From the human T2T-CHM13v2.0 reference genome, Homo sapiens, in NCBI RefSeq assembly GCF_009914755.1, contig NC_060925.1: 64,000 nt of DNA; one strand, written 5' to 3'. Made by a program: the position numbers and the translations under genes. The notes beneath the pieces are model-generated. The model saw only the letters and a list, made by a program, of their open reading frames with translations. It did no database searches and was not told the origin of the DNA. Positions 1 to 19,285 of this stretch are shown here, one piece after another (the first letter of the stretch is position 1; the number at the start of each line of letters is the position of its first letter).

Positions 1-760
<760 letters not shown>

Positions 761-1079
761 TATACAGTAATGAATAATGTCTTATTCCTTATAAATAATC
801 AAATTTTAAACTATTACGATTATAATAGTATCATTAAGTCTAATAGTTTCACTTCTTCCTTAATACCACTTTACAAACCTCCCTCATCCTCAGCTCTGGC
901 CTGGGCTATACCTCTCTTTACAGACCCCAGGTCTCTGCAGATAATCCCTTAGTGTCCAGCCACCCAGGTAATGGACACTTTGCCCTAACTGGCCTCAAAG
1001 AGCCATTTCTGGAGCTGCAGGCCTTCTCCCCTAAACCTGCTAGTTATTTATTTCATACCTAGATGCCTCCCTGAATAAT

Positions 1080-1082
1080 TTC

Positions 1083-1120
<38 letters not shown>

Positions 1121-1567
1121 TTTTTAAGAGATGGGGGTCTCAGGCCAGGCGCAGTGGCTCACACCTATAATCCCAACACTTTGGGAGGCTGAGTCGAGCA
1201 GATCACCTGAGGTCAGGAGTTCGAGACCAGCCTGGCCAACATGGTGAAACCCTGTCTCTACTAAAAATACAAAAAAAAAAAAAAAAAATTGGCCGGGCAT
1301 GGTGACACATGCCTGTAATCCCAGCTACTTGGGAGGCTGAAGCAGAATTGCTTGAACCCGGGAGGCGGAGTGCAATGAGCTGAGATCACGGCACTGCACT
1401 CCAGCCTGGATGACAAGAGTGAGACTCTATGTCGAAAAACAAAAAATAAAGAGATTGGGGTCTCACTATGTTGCCAGGCTGATCTCAAAGTCCTGGGCTC
1501 AAGCAATCCTCCTGCCTCGGCCTCCCGAAGTGCTGGGATTACAGGCATGAACCGCTGCACCCAGCCC
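1080..1567. repeat. Sense Alu (1143-1445) inserted in an antisense FLAM/AluJ monomer
   Basis: Alu consensus. AAGAGAT-GGGGTCTCA is duplicated on both sides. Confidence 0.85.
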
Positions 1568-2594
1568 TCCCTAATTAATGTCTGACCCAATTCCCTCCAC
1601 CCTGTTCTGTTTGGTGAAGATTTCTTTTTTTTTTTTTTTTACCAATGGGTTCCTAAAGCAGTTTTATGCTTTGGTAAAGCTTGGTTGTTAAACCTGTTGT
1701 TTGAAACTCTGTTCTGGCTCTTGCCTCACATGTGGCCATGTGGCCTTGCTGCCAGACAGCAGCCTTCCTTCTGTATCACAACAGCTTTTTCCACATTCAG
1801 AGGCAGAGCTCTGGCATTCTTCCCATTTCAAAACCCTTGACTCCATATCAGATTGCCCATACAGTCCCTCTTCCCCACATGAGCCCTGGCTACTCCTTAT
1901 CTTGTCCGGAAAGAACTGACTGACAGGTGCTGAGCTCACCGGGAAATTTATTTCAAATTTCAAACCCTATGTACTGCTCCTTGTCTTCTGATAATACTCA
2001 TGTGACCCCTCTTCTATGGACTGTCCCATCCACTTCCTCACCTCAAGCCCAAGAAAACTTTTGGTATCCTTTCACAAGAGTTTGTAACACAGAAACTACT
2101 TTGCATGTGGCAACTAAGAAAGGGGTCATTCATTTCCAATACCCTTCTCAACCCCTTGCCTATACATAGGCAATATCACCATCTTCTCCCCAAACTCTTT
2201 TCCCCCAGGTCCTGGTCTCTGTTTCTTCCTACTGCGTACCATGCTGTATAGTTCTGTTAACCTTAAAAGACAGATTGCAAAATGGAACAGAAGAAATGAG
2301 ACAGAAAGAGGAAAATGAAGTATATGACCAGGCAGATGGCTGGTCAATTACTAGAATAGAAGCTCTCTTTTGTGTGTGTCCATAAATACAGAAAACCTTC
2401 CTAAAAGCCTGACCGCTGGTGGGCACTTGGAGAATGCTTGCCTGGATGGATTGGTGCTTCTGCCCACTGCTCTTCCAGTGGGAAGGGTGGTAGGGCAAAG
2501 AGTAACCTGCCCAAGGGCCTGGCTCATGTAAGTTGACTGACAGCTCTTCTCACGCTGATTCTGACGTCTTCCTCTTCGCTGCGCTTGTTTTCAG

Positions 2595-2771
2595 TTCATC
2601 TCCGCAATACCTACCCGATCCCTGAAGTTCCTGAAGGAGGCTGGGCATGGCACCACCAAAGAGGAGATCACCAAGGATGCCGAGGGACTGGATGAGATTG
2701 ACCATGCTGAGATGGAGCTGCGCCGAGGCCAGATCCTCTGGTTCCGGGGCCTGAACCGTATCCAGACTCAG
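2595..2771 (+). CDS. ATP2B4: PMCA4 internal coding exon (end of last TM region to N-terminal half of calmodulin-binding domain)
   Basis: tttcag acceptor (AG 2593-2594) and CAG|gtact donor. 177 nt, phase 0/0. Translates [59 protein letters not shown], with the PMCA C28 peptide start [18 protein letters not shown]. Confidence 0.97.
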
Positions 2772-3708
2772 GTACTCTGATAGTGGTCTGTCCTTCCCTT
2801 GGGAGAAGCAGCTTCCCATCTTGGAAGGTGTTGGGAGGGTAGCAGTTCTTGTCGGCCAGCATCTCTTCCCTTCCAAAGGCTCACTACTGATGGGCAGCCC
2901 TAGATCCTCAGCTTCAGGACAGACACGCAAAAGGATCTGTGTGGGGTCCTCTGAGAGGAGAGGAGTCAAATGACCTAGACCATGGGACACTATTAGCATA
3001 GTCCTTTAGCTCTGGGTTGACCCTAAAGCCCAGCCTGCCACCCTCTATCAAATGGGCAAGCTTCAGCATAAGGTCTCTTGCAAGCACTAGACCTGACCCC
3101 AGGGTGGGAAATGCTCAGTTTTTCCCTACCCTTCAGAAGGAAGGAGTTAGACAATATCAATATGCCAACATACCCAGCATTCACTTAATATAGCTTCCTC
3201 ACACTGCCATTATAGGAATAGATGCTATCTGGAAGGGTCTTTGTAAAAGAAACTCACCTTGTTATATCTCCCCCATTCAAAGTGTAAGGCCATGGTGGGG
3301 AATCTGATGGTTTCATGTGTAAAAATGACAATAGTCTCTTGATGTCTGAGCATCTTTTGCAGGATTCAGACTTGCTTCCTGACAAGGAGGAAGCAATAAT
3401 TTCTTCAAGCCTCTTCCCTTCTTGCAATTTCTGAAATGGGATAGAAGCCACCCCTGCTGCTCTTATGTCCCCTGTCTATAGCCCCACAATAACTTTTATT
3501 TTTTCCACTTTCCATGCATCAATTGTAACTACTTTCTCCTGGGTGAATGCGCTGATCTAAGCATTGATAATTCTGTCTTCCCCTGCTCTCACCCCCCATA
3601 GCTTTATTGTTTTAATCCTGAGATTTTCCATTTCAAAAACACTGTAAATTCCAAGATCTCAAGGGTGGTCTCCAGAAAACAGGCGTATTTCTCTCTGCTG
3701 ATTGGCTA

Positions 3709-4905
<1,197 letters not shown>

Positions 4906-5443
4906 GCTTCCTGGGGAGCCCTGAGCACTTCTCCGTGTTGCTGGCCTCACATCCAATTGGGCAGGCATTGGAGTCCGGGCACTGCCTGGAGCTCACCAGA
5001 AGGTGCTTTACAGTGGTCCTTGGTTTGTCTCTCAGAGGGCTTGGTCCCCTCTGCTGTGAGGCTGGACTGCAGCTGTGGTGGCAAGTGACCAGATGTCACT
5101 GAGCAGCCTGACCATGGTCTAGGTGGTGCTTGGATGCATCCACTTGGCTTCCTTTGGTCATTGAGTTTCAAGAAGAGAAACTCCAGGAGACGGCTTGGCC
5201 AGGATCAGGCAAAAACAATCATGCCGAAAAAGTGGCAGAAAAGCTTGAAGGTCTCTCAGTGAAGGAGGAGACCAAGGAGGATGCTGAGGAGAAACAATAA
5301 ATCGTCTTATTTTATTTCCTTTTCCTCTCTTTCCTTTCCTTTTTTTAAAAAAAAATTTACCCTGCCCCTCTTTTTTGGTTTGTTTTTATTCTTTTGTTTT
5401 TACAAGGGATGTTATATGAAGAGCTGAATTAAAAAAAAAAAAA
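4906..5443 (+). pseudogene. Retroposed RANBP1 fragment: intron-like segment, last coding exon, 3' UTR and poly(A) tail
   Basis: 5202-5300 translates GSGKNNHAEKVAEKLEGLSVKEETKEDAEEKQ*, close to the RANBP1 acidic C-terminus (GSGKNDHAEKVAEKLEALSVKEETKEDAEEKQ). U-rich UTR, A-tail 5431-5443, TSD AAGAAAAGTGGA at 4767-4778 and 5452-5463. Confidence 0.88.
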
Positions 5444-5779
5444 AGAAGAAAAAGAAAAGTGGAAAAGGGCTAGGTAGGGAAACGCTAGGGTTCCTTTTCC
5501 CTCTCTCAAGTTCCTCCTCTCAGAAAGAAAATTTCCAGCGGGACCTACACAAAGTGCCTCGTGGCATCCAGGCATCCAGAATCCCCACGCTCACTCCCTA
5601 CCCCACCCCACACTCCAGGCTGCTGACTCCAAGTACCCATAGAACCTGGCGCCTTTGGCTCCCATCTCTAAAGCCCCCAGTGCTTTCCTTTGGGTCTGCT
5701 CTTTCCAAAATAACCTGTCTTTGCTTTGTTTTTCTTCAGGATCAACCACTTCTACTATGTGATTTCTTTTCTCCTAGCC

Positions 5780-8029
<2,250 letters not shown>

Positions 8030-8422
8030 GTACAGGTAAAAACAACGAACAATCGCTGTCTAGCTGTTAGGAGTGATGGAGTAGGGAAAAGTCCCTTTAC
8101 ATTTTAAATACTCTTGGCCCCCTCTAAACCTCAAATGCCCACTGTGGATTCAAAGGGAAGAAAAAACTAGATTCTGGCTGGGCGTTGGGACTCCATGGCA
8201 AATTGTTCCCTAAGTGAAGTATGATATGCAATTAACGTTTTTCTCCTTCTCCTCACCATTGCTTTTTGTGGGAGGGAAGCTCTCTCTTGCTCTCTCCTGT
8301 CCCCTTTTCCCATCTACTTCCATTCCTGCTTCCCCAACCTTCCATGACCCTCCCTTCCTCTTTCTTCACCTCTCTCGGACTGACTGTGGAGCAAAGCTGT
8401 CTCACTCTCTGATTCTTTGCAG

Positions 8423-8600
8423 ATCGACGTAATTAACACATTCCAGACGGGAGCCTCTTTTAAGGGAGTCCTAAGGCGACAGAACATGGGTCAACACCTT
8501 GATGTAAAACTTGTTCCTAGTTCATCCTATGTAGCAGTTGCACCAGTCAAATCTTCCCCCACCACTTCTGTTCCTGCTGTTTCATCTCCTCCTATGGGCA
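8423..8600 (+). CDS. ATP2B4: PMCA4 splice-site-C cassette exon (178 nt in PMCA4a; first 108 nt in the in-frame d variant; skipped in PMCA4b)
   Basis: ttgcag acceptor and A|gtgagt donor. Encodes IDVINTFQTGASFKGVLRRQNMGQHLDVKLVPSSSYVAVAPVKSSPTTSVPAVSSPPMG. An internal donor TAT|gtagca follows nt 108 (8530). Confidence 0.95.
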
Positions 8601-9226
8601 GTGAGTGATAGTCTATTATGATGCATGATTTGCTAAAATGACCACAAGAGAGCACGTGGCATCCACTTTAACCAACCATGGTTATCTTTTCCTTTTGGTT
8701 TTTCCCTTTGATATTTTGACTTAAGGGAAGAAAAAGACAAAAATCCTACTCTAAAACCAGACTGTGTGCCCTTGTATTTTATTTTTGTAATGTAGAAAAG
8801 CTATTAAACCTTAACTGTTTTAAAGACAATAATTCTGTTTTCTGATTGTTCCTCTGCATTGCTCATTTCTTCCTTTTCTTGAGTTTTGTTTTGTTTTGCT
8901 TTGCCTTTTTTGTTTGTCTGTTTGTTGCTTTGCTGGGATATGTTGTTGTTCCTCTCTTCTCCTCCTGCTCCTTTGAGTCTGAACTCTACCTCCTAAGCTT
9001 AGATGTGAGGTTAGGCCAGAGGAAAACCCAAGAGCTTTCTTTACATGGGGGCAAAGTTTGGGATCTTTTGAGGAAAGGTAGGAAGGGAGCTAATGTGCCC
9101 ATGGGTGTGTTTTGACTAGTGGACCTGTCATAATTGAGCCAGTATTAAACTTGGTCAATAATAATAGTCCATTTGGCCACCACTGTATTGCTGACTGGCA
9201 ATTTTAGCATAAAAGTTGTAGCTGGC

Positions 9227-11759
<2,533 letters not shown>

Positions 11760-14745
11760 TCATACCCAGTCTCCTGAGTCATGAAAAGAGTTGCCCTTCA
11801 ACCAGCCACTTCCACCTGTAGGCCAGGGCCCCAAAAGAGACATTTCCCCAAGGTTTTGAGAAATGATGACCAGGAAGGGAAGGGTTGACTGGCTGTGTGG
11901 AGAGTGCTCAAAGCTTTCCCTGCACCTTCTTCACTAGCCCTGTCTTGTCCCCATACACTGCTCATGCACCAGGCATCATGCTCCAGGAAGGGGAGATGCC
12001 AGCCCTGGGTGGATTGGTGGTGATATAGTGCATGATTGTTCATCAGCATGTGTTCTCTGAGGCCAGTGCTGGAGTTGGGGCATCCTGGCACAGCCCCATG
12101 CCCTCTCCTCCCTCACCCTTCTCTCCACCCACCAAGCCAGCTGGTGCTCCCTAGCTCTCTGACCCCTCTTCACGTGAGCTTCCTTACAGGTGGCTGGTTT
12201 CCCTTTAGATTCCAGAAGTCCTGCAGTCTAGCTGGATGACTGTTTCTTGCTCCCCAAAAGACATTTCCCATATTTTTTCCATCTACCCATCCCCAATTCA
12301 CTTTTATCTTCCTCATTGTTTACCTGTAACAGTATTATTGGTCACCCCAACAGGTGAGAGGAAAAGCCAACAAACAGGGCTCCAGACCCTCACTCCAACC
12401 CCAGTTGTTACAAATTTATTTTCTATAGTGGACTTCACATGTAATTTTTTCCAACAAAGTATTCAATTGAATGGAAGCAGGAAATTGAAAATCACTGATA
12501 TTGAAGATGATGTACTGGCGGATAAAGGCACCTGCCCTCCTGTAATATTCAGTAGAAATTTTGAGATCTTGAAAACATATGAAAAATGTGGGCTATGTTA
12601 TCACTCCTGACAGTGATGGCTTTGATGGAGTGGGATGACTTTGGACCCATCTCTTGGCCAGTGTATCTGTGCCAGGGTCAAAGGAGAAGGCACTGGGTTT
12701 GGACTCACTCAATCCAAATTGCCTTGCTCTGAGATTTTATGTAGATCAGTGAAAACTTGAGACTTCCTGAAGACCAGATGGAGCCTCCATTCCATCTGAT
12801 CTCACCTAGATCTGGAGCAAAGGCAACATGATAGGTAAAATTTGCACATCAGATGGTCAAATAGGAATCAGATAATAAAAATGTGGTCCTCGCTGTCTGT
12901 TCAGCATGGTGAGTGTGTGCCTGTGCTCCCTGATTCTTCTTGGCTGAGGTGTTGAGCTGATACTGTTGAGTGGCAAGGAGTCCTTTGCCTTCTGAGCTTT
13001 GAGAACCCTCAGTCTTGGGTGGGTCTGCAGGCTGTAGTAGAGTGGGACGAGATAAAGAAAGCCTTAGCCAGCAGAGACACATTCTCCTCCAGAGAAAACG
13101 GACCAACAGTATTGATAGTGAGCCTTCTTTGAGTGGTATTTATGAAGGTTCTGTATGGTGGTAGGAAGCACTGGAACAGGTGATCCAACCAGTTTATTTG
13201 GCTGACTCTCTGTATCCTCTGCTGTCTCCAAATTCTTGTGTCTTCTCCTGGAATATATTTTTGGTTAAACAGCAGAGGAATGAAAGAGGTACCCTACCCC
13301 CACCTTCATCACTCCTACCCCTCCAACCTCAACAGTTTCCCCCACATTACTCCCATTTCTTTTCTGAGTGAAGATTTTTTGGACAAGACTAGGATCAGCC
13401 ACCTTCCAACAACTAGAACCGTCCTACAACCATTTACCTTTCCCCTGGCCCCTCTCTCCAACTTCTCGGAGCTCCAACCCTCTCCCCCTACCCCAATTCT
13501 ACCATCCCTGATTCTAAGCCACGCCTCAGAGAGACCTGCAGTTCAGAAAAGCAGAGCTGCCAAAATTGCTGGTGCCTGTGGACAAGCAAAAGCTGTTCAC
13601 AGGCATCAATTATTGTCAGTTTTTTCTTGATGACTCTGAACTGACCGAATCCCTTCCTTTTTGCGCAGTAAGACAGAGACTATGACACTGGGCAATGCAT
13701 CTCCTTTTGCCCAGTAAAACCGCACGTGGTTTCCTTTCCTTCATCCTCTTCATCCACCCCATCAGAAAGGCCACTTGTTTGTAGCACTGCCTCCTGGATT
13801 AGGTTTCTCTCCCTGGTCCCTTTCATTCCCTTCTCCACATAAGACTATGCTCCTCTTCACAATTTGGAAACAGCTAGAGAAAGCAGCATGATTGGGCACA
13901 GTTGCTGTGTATCAGAGACATGAACGTGCATTTGAATTATGAGAGCCAGGTCTTTTCTCAATAGGCAGGAGGAAGGCATCTTTTGACACCTGTATTTTAT
14001 CTGCTGCTTCTAGGGAAGGGGCTGAAGGAGTGAAGTTCTGTGTTATTTGCGGGGAGGGGACACAGTGGTGGTTGTGGGATATAAAAATATGCATGTTTCC
14101 TGGCTGAAAGGGCAAATTATTATTAGAGAGTTTTAAGTTCCTGCATGCTGCTGACACAAATGAAGATTGGTTTGTCTGCCTGGCTGCACAGTTTTCATGG
14201 TCACTCGTCACCCAACCTGTATTATGTGCAGATTGGTGTATGCTGGCTCTTTGAGGTCTTTAAACAGATAACTAAACCTCAATGCATAATTTTTCCATTC
14301 CACATTCACAAAATGTTTGGCCTCAGCACAGAAATCCACATATCTCAATCATCTTTTTAAGTTTGGCTATGAATTTGCATCTAGTTCCCATGTCCTTGCC
14401 CTCCATCTAAAAGAACTAATGAAACTTCTTGTTTTCTGTTTCATTTTAAAAGTAGATTGTTTGGGAATGCTAACGTTGCTTTGGGTTTTCTACTTTTTTT
14501 AATGCAGCTTTCAAAACGTCCTAGTTGCCGTCACTCACCCCAGCCCACCCCACTGCTTGAAAGTTGAGCCATGTGATGTTTCTAGTGCCCCATGATCTCT
14601 TCTGATGTGTGTTTGGTTTTGATGCTGAGCAGTCATGTTTTATAGTCTGGGTTTTGTTTCTCTCCTAAATCCACCATCTCCTTGTTCTGCCGGCCAATTC
14701 TCACCTCTCTATTTTCTCATCCTCCTTTTCCTTCCCCTGGTATAG

Positions 14746-15054
14746 ATCAAAGTGGTCAAAGCGTTCCATAGTTCCCTCCACGAAAGCATTCAGAAACCCT
14801 ACAACCAAAAGTCCATCCACAGCTTCATGACCCACCCTGAATTCGCCATAGAGGAGGAGTTGCCACGAACACCACTCCTGGATGAGGAAGAGGAGGAAAA
14901 TCCTGACAAGGCTTCTAAGTTTGGGACTAGGGTGCTCCTGTTGGATGGTGAGGTCACTCCATATGCCAATACAAACAACAATGCGGTGGATTGCAACCAA
15001 GTGCAGCTCCCCCAGTCGGACAGCTCTCTACAGAGCCTAGAGACATCAGTTTGA
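14746..15054 (+). CDS. ATP2B4: PMCA4 terminal coding exon (4b frame ends -ETSV PDZ ligand; 4a frame ends NQSGQSVP* at 14771)
   Basis: Long polypyrimidine tract with tatag acceptor. IKVVKAFHSSLHESIQKPYNQKSIHSF...SLQSLETSV*, TGA at 15052-15054. Confidence 0.97.
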   Translation: MKVVKAFHSSLHESIQKPYNQKSIHSFMTHPEFAIEEELPRTPLLDEEEEENPDKASKFGTRVLLLDGEVTPYANTNNNAVDCNQVQLPQSDSSLQSLETSV

Positions 15055-18000
15055 ATTTTCTTTCTCTGACTCTCATCCCTATTTTACCTATTTCCATTTT
15101 CGTCTATCCCATCTATGAGGTGATGATGGGACTTTTCATTGTCACGTCAGCTGCTGTGTTAACAGCAGTGTGTGTGAAGTGAACCTCTACCTGACCATGA
15201 AGAGGCAAGAGCACAGACTTACAAGGATTTCAACTTAAGCTTGACTTGGGGTTTGTAGCGGGACCCAGTCAAACCCCATTCAGGTCATGGTAGAATCTAC
15301 TCCTTGGTAGTCACTTGTCATTTTTAAAGAAATGATGACAATCCTCTTGGCATCACCCCACCCCACATTCTCCCCGATGTTCCTCTCCTGAATTCTGGAT
15401 TTTGTCCTACAAGTCTGTGCCATTTATAAGCTAAGTTGAGGGTTCAGAGGGAGACAAATATCCCCAAGTGAAATATGTTGCGGTAGAGATGGAATGTATA
15501 AAATCCGCCAGTAGTGTGATTGTTTTTCAATTTTTCCCACTTTGAAAACTTACACCTAAAGGCCTGTAGGCCTCTAACTCTTTCTGCCCTTTCATTCAAA
15601 CCTCTCCAAAGTTCTTTGTCTTTTGTCTTCCCTTCCTTTCCTTTTTTTTTTTTTTTTTTATGATGATTAAGAAAATGGAAAGGATATGGATGAATTGTGT
15701 AAACTTAGATCCTTCTCCCTTTTGGCCCAAAAGAACCCTTGATTTAGTTCCAGAATCCAACCAGTTTCTTTGTTAAAAGGGTCCTTTTGAAGCAATTAAG
15801 TGCTGGTAAGAATATTTCTCTGTTGTTGCCAGGTTACCTTCTGCTTTTAAATTGCCATCTTGTAAAGTGTATGTGGTTCTTAAGTGCCAGGGAGATCAGC
15901 CTTGCCCATGAAGGTTGCATATGTGTGGTATACAGTTTTTACCTGAAAGCCTGAGCTTTCTCTTATTCCTAAAGTGGTGGCAAAAGAATGAACTGGGTAT
16001 GACCCTGCCCCCTTACTGGGCTTGGATATTGAGGACCAGACGCTGCCAAATCTAGGACAAGACAGACCATCAAAGCAGACTTTTGTGGGCTCCTCTTTGG
16101 GGTGACCACTGCTTTCAAAGCCATCTGCCAAGGCTCTCCAGGGCAGGACCTGACTGGTGGGGAATGAGTGTTCAGAAGCCTTGGGAGAGGCCAAAGAGCC
16201 ATTCTAGCATGATCTGAGAAAACCTTCCTGCAGAGGCCAGAAACCTTGAGCTTAGGTGCCTGGGGACCAGCTTCGACATTCTCTCCAGTTTCTGATTCTA
16301 ATTTTTGCCACGTGTCACAACTTTTCCAGTCTCTGAGAAGGTCCCAGCCTTTCTCAAATATTCTGATTTTGAAAATATGTATCCAAAGTGGGAGGCCCCT
16401 GTGACATTTTGCCAACTTAAACGAGAAAAAGACCCCCCGCACCCGGCACACTCCCCCTTCCTCCAGCCCCGCTTCAGCCACATGCTCCAGCTGCTGCCCA
16501 GTAAAGCCCTGTGCCTTTTTTTCCCCTGAATACTGCCCAAAGCATCCCCTTCCCATCTGCCTCTCAGGAGTTGGGGACTTTGCTAGGAGATTTTTTAAGT
16601 GTTCCTTACTGGGACAACGTGGAGCCACGTTTGCAGGAGCTCCATTTGTATCCCTGCTGGTGTTGACTTCTGTGTAGGGGCCAGTTCATGTCCCTGACTC
16701 TCACCTCCCATTAGATAAATGAAGCCCACCCCCCTTTCTAGAGTGATGAGAGTCAAGAAGAGGGGATGTATGAACGGCCAAATTCCCATGTGAGAGGAAG
16801 ATGACCTGATCCACCTAGCCTTTTCTTCTGGATCTGTCCTCCCTCACCCCTTTCACCTGAGCTGTCCACAGTAGGAAACATAAAGAAACAATGTCCCCTA
16901 CATATCCCCATGACTACATAATCCATCATCGTAGGAAATAGGAAAGCAAATTTGATTTTGGTTTTGTAAAACGTACATGCTTCAATAATTCTTTTTTGTG
17001 TCTTAAATACTCATAGGGGAAAAAAACAGCTCACCCAAGGTGTTAGGTTTCACATATATATTCATCAACTATTTTAGAAGATTTAATTCTATCAAATCTT
17101 GTATTACCTCAGATCATTTTAAATAGCAAGCCAATAACGAGCTTTGAAGGCTATTTTACCATTCCTGTTCACAAAAGGTTCTCATGGTGCCTGACAGGTT
17201 ACCCTTGAGGGCTTGTGTCTACTTTTTAAAAGTCAATGGTTTTTTTTCTTGTGTTCTAGTTTCCATAATAGGAGAGAAAATATAGAAATATATGCAAAAA
17301 TTATAGTTTTCTTTAGATCAGAAACTGATATTTTTGGGTCAGCCATATGTATTTTGTTTAAAGGATTTAAAATAAAGTGCCGTCATGTAGCCCTGTGGAA
17401 GGGAGCACATAACCAGCTGTTTGGCATGACAGGTGACTTAGTATATTTGTAATTGGTTTTAAAACCAATACACCATACTTTCTTTCTGCAAACAGCCATC
17501 TTTATACTTAGGGAAGAAAAATTGTTGGGTTCTAGACTTTTTTAATATAAATTTTGTTGATATGGAATTAGGTAAGTTTAAGTGTCTATGTGCATATGTT
17601 TTTTATATAAGTTTTTTCTATTCAGTTTCACTGATCCAACTGGCAGTGGGTAAATATGGCATAAGTTAATAACACTTTTCCCCAAAATGGTGCTTTGGAT
17701 TTGAAAAGGGTCTGATGGGGAGAAGGAGAACGTATCATCCTAGCTTCCTCTCTTAATAAACCTAGAAAAACGGGTAGTAAACTGTGGATAGTCAGGAAAA
17801 CACCCAGCAAGGGACACAGCTGTCAGGAAATGAATCTTCCCCCCAACCCCCACCATGCAGATGGATAGACAGAATCTTTCCTGACTAGTCATTAGGATCA
17901 GGGGCCTCTGTTGGATTTGTGTTTCTTGAAGAATAGCTGGCAGAGTGGTATAAAAGACACGAATATCTCCTGGTCTATAAGGATACTCTGATTTGGGGTT

Positions 18001-19285
18001 TGCATTTTTCATGGTTTTTATTTCCTGTTCCCCCTGGAGTTTTCCATTAGTGAGTTTTTGTGCAAGGATCTTATTTGTGATGCCTTCCCTCCCCTAGAAA
18101 GATTTTGTGCAATATATTAAATGGGGACAGAATTCTAAATGGATAAAACAATGGCTGGTTCTAGCCCTGAGTGACAGTCTTAAGGCTAGATCCTTCCCAT
18201 AGTATCATCTGTCCTCTGGAATGACTCTCCTGTCCCTAAAGGGGTTAAGAGAGAGATCACCTAGAAATCCCTCTGGACACTTGTGGGTTCTTTAGGGTTT
18301 GAGTTTCTTCTTCCCCTTGAGCTTCAGAGAGGAGAGTTGGCATGGTTAAATCTGAATGGTTACCTCACTGCTGAAAACCCAGAGGGGCGTGGCACACTCG
18401 CTTGTGTGGAAAAGCCTCTAAATGCATCCCTTCCTTTCTTTCCTGCTTCCTTTGCCTTACAATTGAAGCAGCCCGTGGTACCATCACAGTATGCAGAGAC
18501 TTCCTCACCTTTCATATCTAGGGACCACCCCCGATGCATTGGTGAGGGTGGGCACTTATAAATGCCTGCTATTGTTAAGCCATTCCAGCCTCTTCCTCTG
18601 AATAGACCAGACGCCCTTTCACTTAGTTCAGTGCCAGTCCTTTTGCCTTCCCAACCCTGCTGTTAGGCCTGCTGTTCCCTTTGCTCTTGATTAGGAGAGA
18701 TGGAAGGAGATGAGCTCCCATAACTGAATTGGCCTTTGGTTCATGTTTTCTCCCCATATGTATATATGCCATATGTGAATATGCCATATATATGTGCCAA
18801 CAAATCTATCTACGTTGTTCTTTTCAAATTAGCACGCAGATAGGAATTTTGAGTTTCTTCTTCTTTTAGTAACTAGTATAACAAGCACTGGTATTTTTGT
18901 ACAAAAAAGAAAAACAAAAGATTGACTATTGTGGTCTGCATGACATAAACAAACAAATGGTGATATCAAAGCAACGTATACCCCAGTCCAGTGTGTGTTG
19001 CCATAATTTGCAATTCAGCTTAACAGTGCACCCAATCTATATTTGCATTTTGATATTATTTAAGCTCTATGTACAAGGTTTTGCATGTATTTATATGGTT
19101 CTTAGGGAAAAAAAATGCTATAAACTGCAAATCTGAAATTCAAATGTGTTGTTCCACTGAGACCAGAAGAAGAAGAGGAGTTTTAAAAGGGATAATTTGT
19201 TGGAGCCAATAAAGCTTTTTGCTGATGAACAGAAACCAATACTGCTGTGCACTGAGAATAAAAACTCATGCCCACTTGTAACTGT
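15055..19285 (+). other. ATP2B4: ATP2B4 long 3' UTR
   Basis: Alu-free, AU/U-rich sequence after the stop codon, ending after tandem AATAAA signals. The 3' end is approximate. Confidence 0.8.
19208..19262 (+). terminator. Tandem distal polyadenylation signals of ATP2B4
   Basis: AATAAA at 19208-19213 and 19257-19262, with TG/T-rich sequence downstream. Confidence 0.8.

Noticed and set aside
2550-2999. 149-aa minus-strand ORF (also 14701-15000 and 49246-49440)
   Set aside because: Antisense shadows of real ATP2B4 and LAX1 coding exons.
15969-16628. 219-aa minus-strand ORF in the ATP2B4 3' UTR
   Set aside because: Non-ATG start, no recognisable domain, no splice or promoter support; consistent with chance.
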